Shown here piece after piece: positions 22,002 through 31,997 of a DNA stretch of 64,000 nt; within the stretch, counting starts at the first letter, position 1, and every line of letters starts with the position of its first letter. The stretch lies in assembly GCA_918797485.1 (NCBI GenBank), contig CAKKNE010000001.1:5022001-5086000 (forward strand), read 5' to 3'. The stretch comes from Pelagomonas calceolata (taxonomy: Eukaryota). Below the pieces are notes generated by a model. The model had not been told where the DNA came from. It searched no databases and worked only from the letters and a program-made list of their open reading frames with translations. The translations under genes and the position numbers were made by a program.

Positions 22002-23639
22002 ATGGCGCTGGCCAAGGGCAGCATGGACGCGAGCCAGGCCGAGTTCGCGCAGCTCCAGCGCGAATATCGGCACATGGAGCTCAATCGCAAGTCGTATGCC
22101 GACGAGTCGTACGGTGTCCTGCGGAAGCAGCAGGCGACGATCCAGAAACTGCGGAGGGACAACGAGCGTCTCAAGGGTGAGTTGGCGGCCGAGACCCGGA
22201 CGTCCACAAAAGGCCCGAACGGTCTAGATGAAGCTAAAAGAAATGCTCGGCTCATGGAAGAAGTCGAGAAGTACGAACGGCACGTCTTCGACGAGACGAA
22301 GAAGCTCGAACAGTTGGATGGTCAAATCCACACGACGCGCGACGCGATGAACAAGCTGCGGCGAGAGATGGGCGGCGTGAACGCCGCGAGGGAGAACAAC
22401 CAGATGGTCGCCAAGCAAGTTAAAATTCTGGAGAATAGATTGGACCAGGCCTTGGTGAAGTTTAACCAGTCTCTGGCGCAGAATAAGAAGCTCAGGGAGG
22501 ACATCGATGACCTTAGAAGAGAAAGGGTGGTGTTCGACTCTATCTATCGAAAATTAGAAAAAGAGCTAGGCGAGAAGAAGCGCCAGATGGCGAACGTCAT
22601 TGAGATCTCGAACAACGCCTACGAGCACCGCGACAACTATCAGTTGGAAATCGCCGCGATCGAGCAGGCGAATCGAAGGGAGCAGGACGAGTTCGAGGCC
22701 CAGATGGTCGAGTTAGGGAGAATATTGGAGACGGAATTGAAACCGCCCGCGCCGCCGGAAAGGGCGAGGACCGCGACCGCTGGGAGTCCTTCACGTAAAA
22801 AGCGTTCGTCAGCAGAAGAGCTAGAACGGGAACGAGAAGAGCTCGCGCGGGGCGAGGAACGCGTCCAGAACTTCGAGGAGGCCTTCAACCGCATCAAGGC
22901 CGCTACGGGCATCGAGGAGATTGATGAGCTCGTGCGGCTGTTCGTGAAAAACGAGGACCAAAATTTTTCGTTATTTAACTACGTGACCGAACAGACGAAC
23001 GAGATCGAGAAGCTCCAGGAAGCCATTTCCCAACTCCAGGAGGAGGAGGCCAAGTACGCGTCGCAGGGAGGTGCGGACGTCGAGAAGCACGAGCTAATTG
23101 TGGCCGACTTGGAGAAACGGGTCCGGGAGACGGAAAGCAGCGCGGAGAAGTACGAGTCGAAGTGCGAGGAGTACCAGAAGATCGTGGACCAGCTGAAGAA
23201 GGCCATCGCGTCGACTTTTACGAAGACGGAATGTCCTCGGACGGCCGCGTTTGCCGACTCAGCAGTGACGGAGAACAACATGTTGGACTATCTCGCTGCA
23301 ATTGAAGAGCGAGCGAATGCGATTATCTCGGATTACGCCGAGGTTAAAGTTCGGCAGCGCGAGGAGGCGCAGGACGATTTCCAGCAGGACACCGGCCCGA
23401 TGCCTTCCGTATTGGGTATGGGTCCGACCACTCCGATGGGCCAGGATTTGATCCACGTCAACCCGCCGAAGCTCGAGGACTATTCGTCGGAGGAGGAGGA
23501 CGACAACGACGACACGCGGCCGCTGACGCGCGACGAGATCAAAGCCAAAACACTGACCAAGATGTACCAACGCTCGAAGGCCGGGGACCCCGTGACGACG
23601 AAGTCGCGGAAGAAGAAGGCGTCGCGGTCGTCGTTCTAA
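22002..23639 (+). CDS. ODA1: Outer dynein arm docking complex subunit DC2 (ODA1/CCDC63/CCDC114 family)
   Basis: Coiled coil with LENRLDQALVKFN, LREDIDDLRRER, IKAATGI..IDELV..F...EDQNFSLFNYV and RPLTRDE. Confidence 0.88.
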   Translation: MALAKGSMDASQAEFAQLQREYRHMELNRKSYADESYGVLRKQQATIQKLRRDNERLKGELAAETRTSTKGPNGLDEAKRNARLMEEVEKYERHVFDETKKLEQLDGQIHTTRDAMNKLRREMGGVNAARENNQMVAKQVKILENRLDQALVKFNQSLAQNKKLREDIDDLRRERVVFDSIYRKLEKELGEKKRQMANVIEISNNAYEHRDNYQLEIAAIEQANRREQDEFEAQMVELGRILETELKPPAPPERARTATAGSPSRKKRSSAEELEREREELARGEERVQNFEEAFNRIKAATGIEEIDELVRLFVKNEDQNFSLFNYVTEQTNEIEKLQEAISQLQEEEAKYASQGGADVEKHELIVADLEKRVRETESSAEKYESKCEEYQKIVDQLKKAIASTFTKTECPRTAAFADSAVTENNMLDYLAAIEERANAIISDYAEVKVRQREEAQDDFQQDTGPMPSVLGMGPTTPMGQDLIHVNPPKLEDYSSEEEDDNDDTRPLTRDEIKAKTLTKMYQRSKAGDPVTTKSRKKKASRSSF

Positions 23640-23830
23640 GGGTGTTTTTGCCTATTGAGTACTAGTAGCCTGGCCGACTCGGACGCGGTCCGCGCGACCG
23701 GGCGTTAGCTCGGAGGTACGAAACGTGGTACGAACGAGGGGGGAGAACGCCGGACACCGGATAATCTGAGATAAGGTTAAATATGAACAGCTGCCGCGGG
23801 GTTAGACTACCGAGGCAGTCCCGCGGCGAA

Positions 23831-24314
23831 CTAGAGGTACCCGGGCGGTCCGCCCGACGAGGCCGGTCCCGGCGGCGGGATGTCGCCCTCCGGCTGCGGC
23901 GGATCGGAAAGTCCGACGCCGCGCATCATGGCCTCGATGTCCTCGCCCTCGGGCTCGGTCGGCGGTCGGGGCTTGCGCGCGGCGATGTACCGCTCGAACT
24001 CGATGTGGTACTTCGTCGCGTGGCTCGTCGTGCCGCAGATCGTGCAAGGCCCGTTGGCCCCGGTGCAGCGCCGCGGGTGCACCCTCCTACAGTTGCGCCA
24101 GCCGCACCTGCGGGGGCGTCGACGGGTGAGTGTGGTCCCCGTTCCATGGGTTTGAGACGCGGCTGCTCGCTTGAAGCACATGGGCACCGTCTCGACATTC
24201 TCGGGAACCGGAACGTCGCGGCGCGGGTTCCGATTGCGCCTCCGCTCCGACGGCGCGCCGGGAGGCGCGAGGGGCCGGAGCACCGTCGGCGGTTGTCCAT
24301 GTGTCTGCGCCTTC
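23831..24314 (-). mobile_element. Possible retroelement gag fragment with a tandem zinc-knuckle-like pair
   Basis: CGWRNCRRVHPRRC followed by CTICGTTSHATKYH; the frame is cut off 5' by the antisense TPR fragment. Confidence 0.4.
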
Positions 24315-24791
24315 ACAAAGGGCAATCTTGCGCTCACGTACAAACAGCTCGGACGGCATGAAGATGCCCTGATCTTGAATCGAGACGTATATGTTGGCTG
24401 TCTGAAGCTCCTTGGCAAACAACATAAAGAGACCCTCCGAGAAGGCAACAATTACGCGGTTGCCCTTCTAATCGCAGACCGCTTTGCAGAAACCAAATCG
24501 TTGATGCGCAAAATAATTCCCGTGGCACGCCGTGTTCTAGATGAGGACAATCATCTCTTGCTCATGATGCGGTGGGTCTACGCGCGGGCGCTCTACAGGG
24601 ACCCTGCCACCTCGCTCAATGATCTCCGCGAAGCCATGTCGAAGCTCGAGGAGATGGCACGGACCGCGCGGCGCGTGCTCGGTGGCGCGCATCCGGACGT
24701 AGTGGGGATTGAGGAGTCCCTGCGAGACGCGCGAAAAGTGCTCCGCGCCCGCGAAACGCCGCCCCAAAACGCCGTCGACGCGTCATCATAG
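24315..24791 (+). pseudogene. C-terminal fragment of the TPR-like (ARRVLGGAHP) family; paralog of 18165-19259
   Basis: GNLA.TY..LG.HE.AL...RD.Y.G and LNDLREA...LE...RTARRVLGGAHP; near-identical DNA stretch to 19140-19171. Confidence 0.7.
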
Positions 24792-24809
24792 TAACTTGAT
24801 TACAACATC

Positions 24810-25772
24810 CTACTTCCCCTCGTAGACGGCGCCGTACGCCGCGACGCGCGCGCACGCGTCCTCGAACTCCTCGTGGTAGCGGTCGACGAGCGCCGCCGTA
24901 CTCACGACGTCCCTGACGCCGTCGATGCCCTGGCCGCAGCCCCAGATGTCCTTCCACGCTTTGGAGCCCGAGAAGTCCATGGCCGACGGGTCGGACTCGG
25001 GCAAAGCGTCCGGGTCGAGGCCCGCGGCCCGCACGGACGCCTTGAGGTAGTTGCCGTGCACTCCGGTAAACAAGTTCGAGTAGACGATGTCCTCGGCGCT
25101 GCCCTCGACGATCGCATTCTTATAAGCCTCGGACGCGTTCGCCTCGTGCGTCGCGATGAAGGGACTCCCGACGTAGGCGAAGTCGGCGCCGGCCGCGACG
25201 GCCGCCGCGACGCCGTGGCCGCTGCCGATGGCGCCCGACAATGCGATGGGGCCGTCCCACCACTCGCGCACCTCCTGGACGAGCGCAAAGGGCGACAGCG
25301 TCCCCGCGTGGCCGCCCGCGCCCCAGGCCACCAAGACTAAGCCGTCAGCACCCTTCTCGACTGCTTTCCGCGCGAACTTGTTGTTGATGACGTCGTGAAA
25401 AACTAAACCGCCATACGAGTGCACCGCTTCATTAATCTCCGGCCTCGCACCCAACGACGTGATGACGATGGGCACTTCATGCTTAACTATGACCTCCATG
25501 TCGTGCATTAATCGTGCGTTCGACCGGTGCACGATTTGATTGACCGCGAAGGGCGCGTCGTGCTCGGGATCGAGTCTGCTCTTCACGTCCGTGATCCACT
25601 TGTCCAACGCATCGTCGGAACCCCGCGCATTTAGGGCTGGGAACGAGCCGACGACGCCGCTCTTGCATTGGGCGACGCATAGGTCGGGGTTGCTAACAAT
25701 AAATAAGGGTGCGCCGAAGGCCGGCAGTCTTAGTTTTGCGCGCAGCTGGGTGGCTACCGTCTTCATGGCCAT
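24810..25772 (-). CDS. Nitronate monooxygenase / 2-nitropropane dioxygenase-like flavoprotein
   Basis: APLFIVS, GSFPALNAR, VITSLGA, GAGGHAG, LSGAI, AYVGSPFIAT.E, WGCGQG. Confidence 0.9.
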   Translation of the reverse strand: MAMKTVATQLRAKLRLPAFGAPLFIVSNPDLCVAQCKSGVVGSFPALNARGSDDALDKWITDVKSRLDPEHDAPFAVNQIVHRSNARLMHDMEVIVKHEVPIVITSLGARPEINEAVHSYGGLVFHDVINNKFARKAVEKGADGLVLVAWGAGGHAGTLSPFALVQEVREWWDGPIALSGAIGSGHGVAAAVAAGADFAYVGSPFIATHEANASEAYKNAIVEGSAEDIVYSNLFTGVHGNYLKASVRAAGLDPDALPESDPSAMDFSGSKAWKDIWGCGQGIDGVRDVVSTAALVDRYHEEFEDACARVAAYGAVYEGK

Positions 25773-25949
25773 TTTTATCACTGTGTCAGTGCACAAGTGT
25801 GAGAGCACAGTGGTTTTGTGCTGTGCTGCGTCTCCACCGTTGAAGCTGTGGCGCGAAATGCTTGCACTATTGCAGTGTGTGCTCGCTACCTCAATCGCAG
25901 TCTCTCGATCGACCGCTGGCGCGTACACTGGAGCATAAGTCGGCGCTCG

Positions 25950-25974
25950 TGCTAGTGTCTTACATGCCGCTAGC
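25950..25974 (+). promoter_or_regulatory. Double-CTAG intergenic motif, copy 3
   Basis: tgctagtgtcttacatgccgctagc, between the divergent NMO and CNNM genes. Confidence 0.7.
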
Positions 25975-26209
25975 TAATCGCGAGGCGGCGCGTGCCGTGG
26001 AAGCCTGTCCTGTCGTCCCGCGCTTCGGGCAAGATACGGAGAGGTCGGTGGACTATTGCCAACCACACCACGAGACGGCGCCAATCGCAAGCCGCCAAAA
26101 GCCTTTCAATTATCTCACTTGTCAGACAAACCACAGTGTGCGATCAATATCGCGCGCCTGAGTAGCATCGACCTCCACGCCATCGACGCGACGCCTGCAT
26201 AAAACAACC

Positions 26210-26458
26210 ATGTCGACGCCCTGGTGGTTCTTCCTCATCGCGGCGGGCCTCATCGTCATGAGCGGCTTCTTCAGCGGATTGAATCTGGGGCTCATGAGCC
26301 TCGCGCCGGACGAGCTCAAGGTCGTCATGGAGGGCTCGGCGGACGAGCAGGCGAAGCGGGACGCGGCCAAGATCTACCCCCTACGTAAACGGGGCAACTT
26401 GCTGCTCTGCACCTTATTGCTCGGCAACACGCTGGTGAACGCTCTTATTGCGGTCCTC
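26210..26458 (+). pseudogene. CNNM/DUF21 metal-transporter N-terminal fragment
   Basis: SGFFSGLNLGLMSL...AAKIYPLRKRGNLLLCTLLLGNTLVN; similarity stops at ~26458 and no CBS-domain exon follows before the convergent MATE gene. Confidence 0.7.
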
Positions 26459-26833
26459 AGAGTCGAGTCGGTTTTATGCGTCGCGTGTTTCGCTATTGAT
26501 GCCTCGCGAAGTAAGGCGGGGCGTAGGCGACGTCGTGTTGAGGTCTGGGACGCCGTCGCGCACGAGTGTTATTGTTTATGTGCTCGTGTAAAATGCAAGC
26601 GGTGACAAAGCTGTTTTGTGCGGGTTGAGGCGCGTTCCTGCGGTCTGGCAGGCGTCGAAAAAAACGAGAAGAACCCCCGTAGACGTCCCTCAATACATCC
26701 CCGGCGCAGGTTCCACCGTGATCTCCGGCAGAGCGCGGCTCGCGTCGACGCGCCCCCACGCCATCGACCAAACATAATGACATTTCAACAGGTTACTTGC
26801 TTTTTCGGAGGGGGAGAGAGGGAGGAGGGCGAG

Positions 26834-28924
26834 CTATGCGGTCTTGCGCCGCCGCAGCGCCGTGCTCGTCACCCGCAGCGCGAACTGCGAGCAGCGCAGG
26901 AGGTTGTAGCCCAGGAACACGCGCCAGACGCTCGTGACCGGCCCCGCCGCTCTAGCTACGGCGAAGAAGGCCGCCACAACCACTGCAGCGTCAAAGGCGT
27001 ACAACCCACCGAGCACGCCCGCGTCGCGGTTCGCGAGCATCGTGCCCTCCGTCGCGCTCGACAGGCCGTGGACCATGAGAGCCGCACCTAAATAAGGTGC
27101 CGTCCTTCGTAATGCGGCGGCGACGGCCGGGTCCCTCGAGAAGAGAGTAGGTAAACCAGCAGGTAAACCCCAGGCCATGACGGCGTCCAAGCCACCTAAT
27201 ACCAACGCCGCGGCGACGGCGCCCTTGACCACGGCTCGGGACTTCGGGCCCAGAGCTTTCGAACGCTTCTGGGGCGGCCGGTCGACCTCGTCGAGCTGGT
27301 CGGCCACGATGGACCGCGGCAAAAACGTCTGCACGGTCTGCGACAGCGCGTCGCCGACGGGCGCAAAGACGAAATATAATCCAACAAGGATCTGGTGGGC
27401 GGCCAACGCCGCGAGGTCGCCTCTTTTTGTCGCTGTGCTAGCGGCAGCATAGCTCAAGCTGAGCAAGACGGCTGTCTTGGCGGACAAGGCCGCAACCACG
27501 GGCGCGCCCTTGGTGAAGATCTGGCGGAAGGGCGCGCCGGCGCTCCGGGCCCACTGCTTTGGCGACGACGGTAAAAATTTGCCTTTCGCCGCGTCCTGGA
27601 GCAGGGCGATCAACGCGACGATCTGCGCCGCGGTGGTGGCCAACGCGGCACCGGCCAAGCCCATCGTCGGCACGAGGATGCCGTCGCCTACTAAGTTCGC
27701 AGCACCAGATAAGCCGGCGGCCTTCAGCGGCGCTCGCACGTTCCGCCGGGCCTGCGTTGGGATGCGGGTCACACGTAGCGCTCAACCGACGAGCGTCGCG
27801 GGCGGCGTCACATAAGCGACAGACGAAGAAATATCAGGGATATTTTTTCGCGTTCGAAAAATTACGAAGTAGCACTCGCGCCAGGAGTCGAACCTGGTAA
27901 GAAAAGGACGCGGCCCGCGCACCAGTGAGGTAGATTGCAGCACCATGATGAGCAAAGCCGGTACGAAGGCTAACGAGCGGATGCGCGTGTACGCGACGGC
28001 CGCGGAAAAGCCCGGCGTCGACCGGGGCACCATCGCGCCGAGACCCGCCGGCCCGAGCGGCGAGCAGGCCGCCGCCGTCAACAATCCACCGACCACCAAC
28101 GCCGCGACGCAGGCGGCCCCCGACGCCGTCTTGGCCTTCGTCTCGTCGCCCGTGGCTAATGCCCTTGAGACGGCGCCCGTCGTGACGATGCCTAAGAACG
28201 TACACAGGAAGGCCGCATTATCGCAGGCCGCGCAGGCCGGGCCTAGGACCGCTAGTTCGGCGGTGGGCCGCGACGCGCCGACCGCCGCCGTGTCGACCAA
28301 TGATAGCAAGGGCGACGCGAGCCACACTAGTAACAACGGCAGCGTGAAGCCGGCTAATTCTTTAGCGACCGAGTTCTCGGACTCCTCACTTGTGACGCAG
28401 GGCGGCTTGGGCTCGGTGACGCCGAGGTACTCCAGTACATCTACATCTTGCGGGACGGTCACCTGGAGGCGGTCGCCCGCTTGGGCGCCTTCGGGCACGG
28501 TTATGTCGATGGTGACCTTCGGCTGCTTCACAGACTCCTTGGTCTGGAAGCCGAACTTGTACCAGTCGCCCTTCTTCTTACTGCGCGCGATCTTGATCTG
28601 CTCCTTGGCCTTTTCGGCCTGCTCCTCGGCCGAGCGCTTCCGGACGGCGTCCTCGAGCTCGTCCGGGATCGGGGGGATCGTCGTCGTCGCAAGCGTCGGT
28701 GGGCCTTGGTTGTTGCCGCTCTCGTCGAGGAGGGGCGGCGCATCAGCCAGTAAAGGTCCGTCGGGGGCCGTATCCACGACGAGCGGCGCGACCGTGGGCG
28801 GTAACAACTGCTTCCTTTCTTTGACCACGGCCTGGCGGCCCGTCACGGGCGTTTTGGGGGCCGGGGGCGGAGTGAGCGCGCCCACTCCCAGCGCCAAAGC
28901 CACCACCAAAGCAGCACGCGCCAT
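26834..28924 (-). CDS. MATE-family transporter with signal/transit peptide (exons 28924-27923, 27751-26834)
   Basis: PLLSLVDTAAVG, ELAVLGPA, MGLAGAALAT, LAAHQI, GDALSQTVQTFLP. Spliced CDS is 1920 nt and in frame. Confidence 0.87.
27752..27922 (-). other. Spliceosomal intron, 171 nt (GTGCG...ACGCAG)
   Basis: Phase-0 intron joining QSTSL to ARRNVRAPL; contains an in-frame stop; GCGTCC at +12. Confidence 0.8.
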
Positions 28925-29335
28925 TAACACCTTTTTAGGGGCGCGCGACCGCCGCGCGCGCTCCTTCTGCTAGTATTCGGCTGTAGAGATGCTCAGCAAG
29001 CGTGGGCGAAGCGCAGTTTTGCGTTACGGGGCCACAGGGAGGCGTATTGACCGAGGCGAGCGCCGGGGGCGTGTTACCGGGTTCGAGAGTTTGGACGCCT
29101 CCTTAGAGCCCTCCACGTCCTCCGGTGGCCTTCTGGAGGTCTGCGAGGGGCCGATAGGCGCCTCCTCGTCCGCGGACAAAACCCGCACTGTACCTAACGG
29201 CGCGCGGCGCCTCGCGTCGCTCTGGGTTGGAAACAGTCGCTGCGTCGCGCGCGTGACGCGTCTGGGCCGCTCTGAAGCAGCGCAGGCGCATCTCCGCACT
29301 GCCCGCCACCTGTGCTCTGAGTACCAGTGCGTAAC

Positions 29336-29932
29336 ATGCAGCGCTCCTTAATAGCATTGGCGCTCTGCGCGACGGCGGCCGCGGGCCCCTTCGGCAAGAA
29401 GACCATCAAAGTGGGAGACACGGTACCGTCCGTGGAGATCGACTTGGGCTTCCCGCCGTCGAAGGTCAACGTCCTCGAGTACACCCAACAAAAGACGGTG
29501 ATACTAATGGGCCTGCCGGGAGCCTACACGCCGACCTGATCCTCGGTGCAGATTCCCGGGTACTTGGAGCACCAGGCAGCTCTCAAGGCCGCGGGCGTGG
29601 AGGAGGTGATGGTCTTTTGCGTCAACGACGGCGCCGTGATGACGGCATGGCAGAAGGACCAAGGGGCCGACGAGTCTCTCTTAACCTTCTACGGCGATCC
29701 CAGTGGAGCGTTGACGAAGGCTTTGGGCATGGTCTTGGACCACCCCGGGCCCCAGGGCAAAGGGTTGTTCGGAAGGACCAAGCGCTTCGCGGCCATTGTC
29801 AAAAATGGTGTGGTCAAGGCCCTGGAGATCTCGGAACGGCCCGACGATCCGGCTGGAGACGACTACCCCGAGTCGTCCTGCGCGCCGTCGATGCTCGAGC
29901 ACCTGGCCAAACTCGCCAAGAGCGAGCTCTAA
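29336..29932 (+). CDS. Selenocysteine-containing Prx5-type peroxiredoxin (Sec at TGA 29537-29539) with signal peptide and C-terminal KSEL
   Basis: IKVGD, GLPGAYTPT-TGA-SSVQIPGY matches Prx5 PGAFTPxCS with TGA at the peroxidatic Cys. The frame continues through VNDGAVM.AW, GD..G.LTKALG and R.KRFA. SECIS follows downstream. Confidence 0.92.
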
Positions 29933-29974
29933 ATCTATCCTGAAGCGCCTGGCGTCTGTGACGTTCTTGCCGCG

Positions 29975-30011
29975 ATGACTTGCTACATCTCAACGTGGAT
30001 GTGGCGATGAC
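29975..30011 (+). promoter_or_regulatory. SECIS element (type I-like) in the 3' UTR
   Basis: ATGAC core, 11-bp stem TTGCTACATCT/GGATGTGGCGA (WC plus GU pairs), AA-containing loop CAACGT and 3' TGAC core. Confidence 0.85.
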
Positions 30012-30522
30012 GACGGGCCGGCGCGCGCCGCCTACGCGCGACCGGGCCCGGGCGAGGCCGTCGTTGGACGTCAGAAGCTCCCCTAGTCCCCCTTCGTAAA
30101 GTCGGAGGACAGTCGAATATGCATCGTCGCGTCGACGGCGTCAAGCAGGGTAGTAGAGAGGGCCCGCGGCCCACACATCTTCTTTGCGCTGCGCCGCTGC
30201 CGCGCGCCACCTTGCGACAGGCGTTGCCGCGCGGGACCTGCGTGTGTTCAGAGCTCTCGCGAGTTTAAAGAGCCGGGCTCGAGAGGTAGCCCCGGAAGTT
30301 GCTAGTAGCTTACTTTTACCCTCTAGCATCTGGCTCAGGCCGATTGCGTTGGGCTCGGCGCCAAGAGGCACAGCTACACAGCCGCTCTGAGGCGAAGGCG
30401 CCACGCCTAACAACCGGACAGGAACCCGCGACACGCTCGCGAACGCGTTCGGCCGGCCAAGCGCTTCGGGGCTGCCTCAATAACGGCGCTGCTGCCTCAA
30501 CAGAGAACAACACAACAGCAAA

Positions 30523-31995
30523 ATGGGAGACACCTCGATCGGCCTGCTCGACGACTGCCTCACGAGCCTCCACACGAAGCAGCTCCAGCAGCGCAACAAG
30601 TGGCGCGACGCGGCCTCGCGCGGCGGCGGCCCGCGCCGCCCCGCGGCCGACGAGTACTCGCCGCCGCGCAAAGACCTACTAAGACGGCCGGCCGGCGAGA
30701 GCCTGAGCCCGAAGCCCGCGCCGCCCGCGGGCGCGCCGCCGCCGAAAACGGTCGGACGGGACACGCCGTCTCCGGTACTAGCCGCGCGCGCCGCGAAGGC
30801 GCGCGGCTACCGGTACTCGCTCGACGACGACGACCCGCTCGCGGCCGTCACGGGCCCCCGCGAGCGCCGGATGAAGCGGGTCTCGCGGGACCGGCGCCCG
30901 GCCGACGTCGTCGTCGCGCCGGCGCCCGTCGTCGCGGCGCCGGCCGCGCGGCGCGCGCGGCCCGCGCCCAAGGCGCCGAAGCCCGCGCCGCCGCGCGGGC
31001 CGCCCAAGGCCGACGCGTCTTCACAGAGACGGCCGTCCCTCAACTTCCGGCCGGCGCCGCCGCCGGGCGAGCCGAGCCCGCCGAAGGTCCACGCGCCGCG
31101 CGGGCCGCCGAAGCACTCGCCGGCGCCGGAGGACCGGCTGCCGCCGTCGCCCGCTCGTGCGCCGGCCTCGCTCGACTTTGGCTCGTTCGACGCGGACAAG
31201 GGCGGCGGCCTCTTCGACGCCGCGCCGCCTCAACCAAAGGCGCGCCGGACGCGCGACGCGCGCGTGAACCCGCTGTCCGAGACGGGTCCGCGCCAGCTGC
31301 CCGACCTCGCGCGGCCGGGCCCGCCCGAGCAGCCGCCGGAGGTCGCGCGGGCGCTCGCGCGGCACCGCCGGCCGCCGCCGCCGTCCGAGGAAGCGCAGCT
31401 CCTGGGCCCCGACGGCCGCCCGCTACGGCCAAAAAAGGAGAGCCTCCCGCCGCCCTCCAAGTCGCCCACGGCGAGCGGCGGCAGCACGCCGACGAACGCG
31501 TCGAAAGAGGACCCGCTCGCCCAGAAGGTCGCCGGCGTCGAGCGCGACTTTTCGAAGGCGGTCGACGCCTGGCTCGCCCAGAATTCTGATACGACGCCGG
31601 ACGCGCGCGAGCGCTTCGCGGACCACCTCACCCAACAGTACATGTGCTCCGTCCTGGACGCGCTGCCGTCGACGGACGCCGTGCGTTCTGTAAGACGGCG
31701 CGTCGCCGCGAAGATCGAGCTCGTCGCGGCGGGCGTGCGCGAGCCCGCGCCGTCGCCGCCGAAGAAGCGGACGGCGCCGTGGCACTGCCCCGCGTGCGGC
31801 CGGACGAACGAGCCGGCTCTCAAAAATTGCGCCGTCTGCCAGCGGAGCGCGCCCGACGGCCCGGCCGTGGATCCACAACTCGTCGCGTCGATCGGCGCGA
31901 TGAAGGCGCGGTCCGACGTCAAGGCGAACGAGATCCAGGGGTTGATGGGGGACACGGAAGCGTTCCTCAAGAAGCTGCGGGATAGTCGGACCTAA
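30523..31995 (+). CDS. Proline-rich protein with a RanBP2-type zinc finger
   Basis: WHCPACGRTNEPALKNCAVC near the C-terminus. Confidence 0.7.
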   Translation: MGDTSIGLLDDCLTSLHTKQLQQRNKWRDAASRGGGPRRPAADEYSPPRKDLLRRPAGESLSPKPAPPAGAPPPKTVGRDTPSPVLAARAAKARGYRYSLDDDDPLAAVTGPRERRMKRVSRDRRPADVVVAPAPVVAAPAARRARPAPKAPKPAPPRGPPKADASSQRRPSLNFRPAPPPGEPSPPKVHAPRGPPKHSPAPEDRLPPSPARAPASLDFGSFDADKGGGLFDAAPPQPKARRTRDARVNPLSETGPRQLPDLARPGPPEQPPEVARALARHRRPPPPSEEAQLLGPDGRPLRPKKESLPPPSKSPTASGGSTPTNASKEDPLAQKVAGVERDFSKAVDAWLAQNSDTTPDARERFADHLTQQYMCSVLDALPSTDAVRSVRRRVAAKIELVAAGVREPAPSPPKKRTAPWHCPACGRTNEPALKNCAVCQRSAPDGPAVDPQLVASIGAMKARSDVKANEIQGLMGDTEAFLKKLRDSRT

Positions 31996-31997
31996 CA

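Noticed and set aside
29537..29539. Peroxiredoxin as a pseudogene or as two separate genes
   Set aside because: The single stop falls exactly on the catalytic residue, the rest of the frame is intact, and a SECIS follows.
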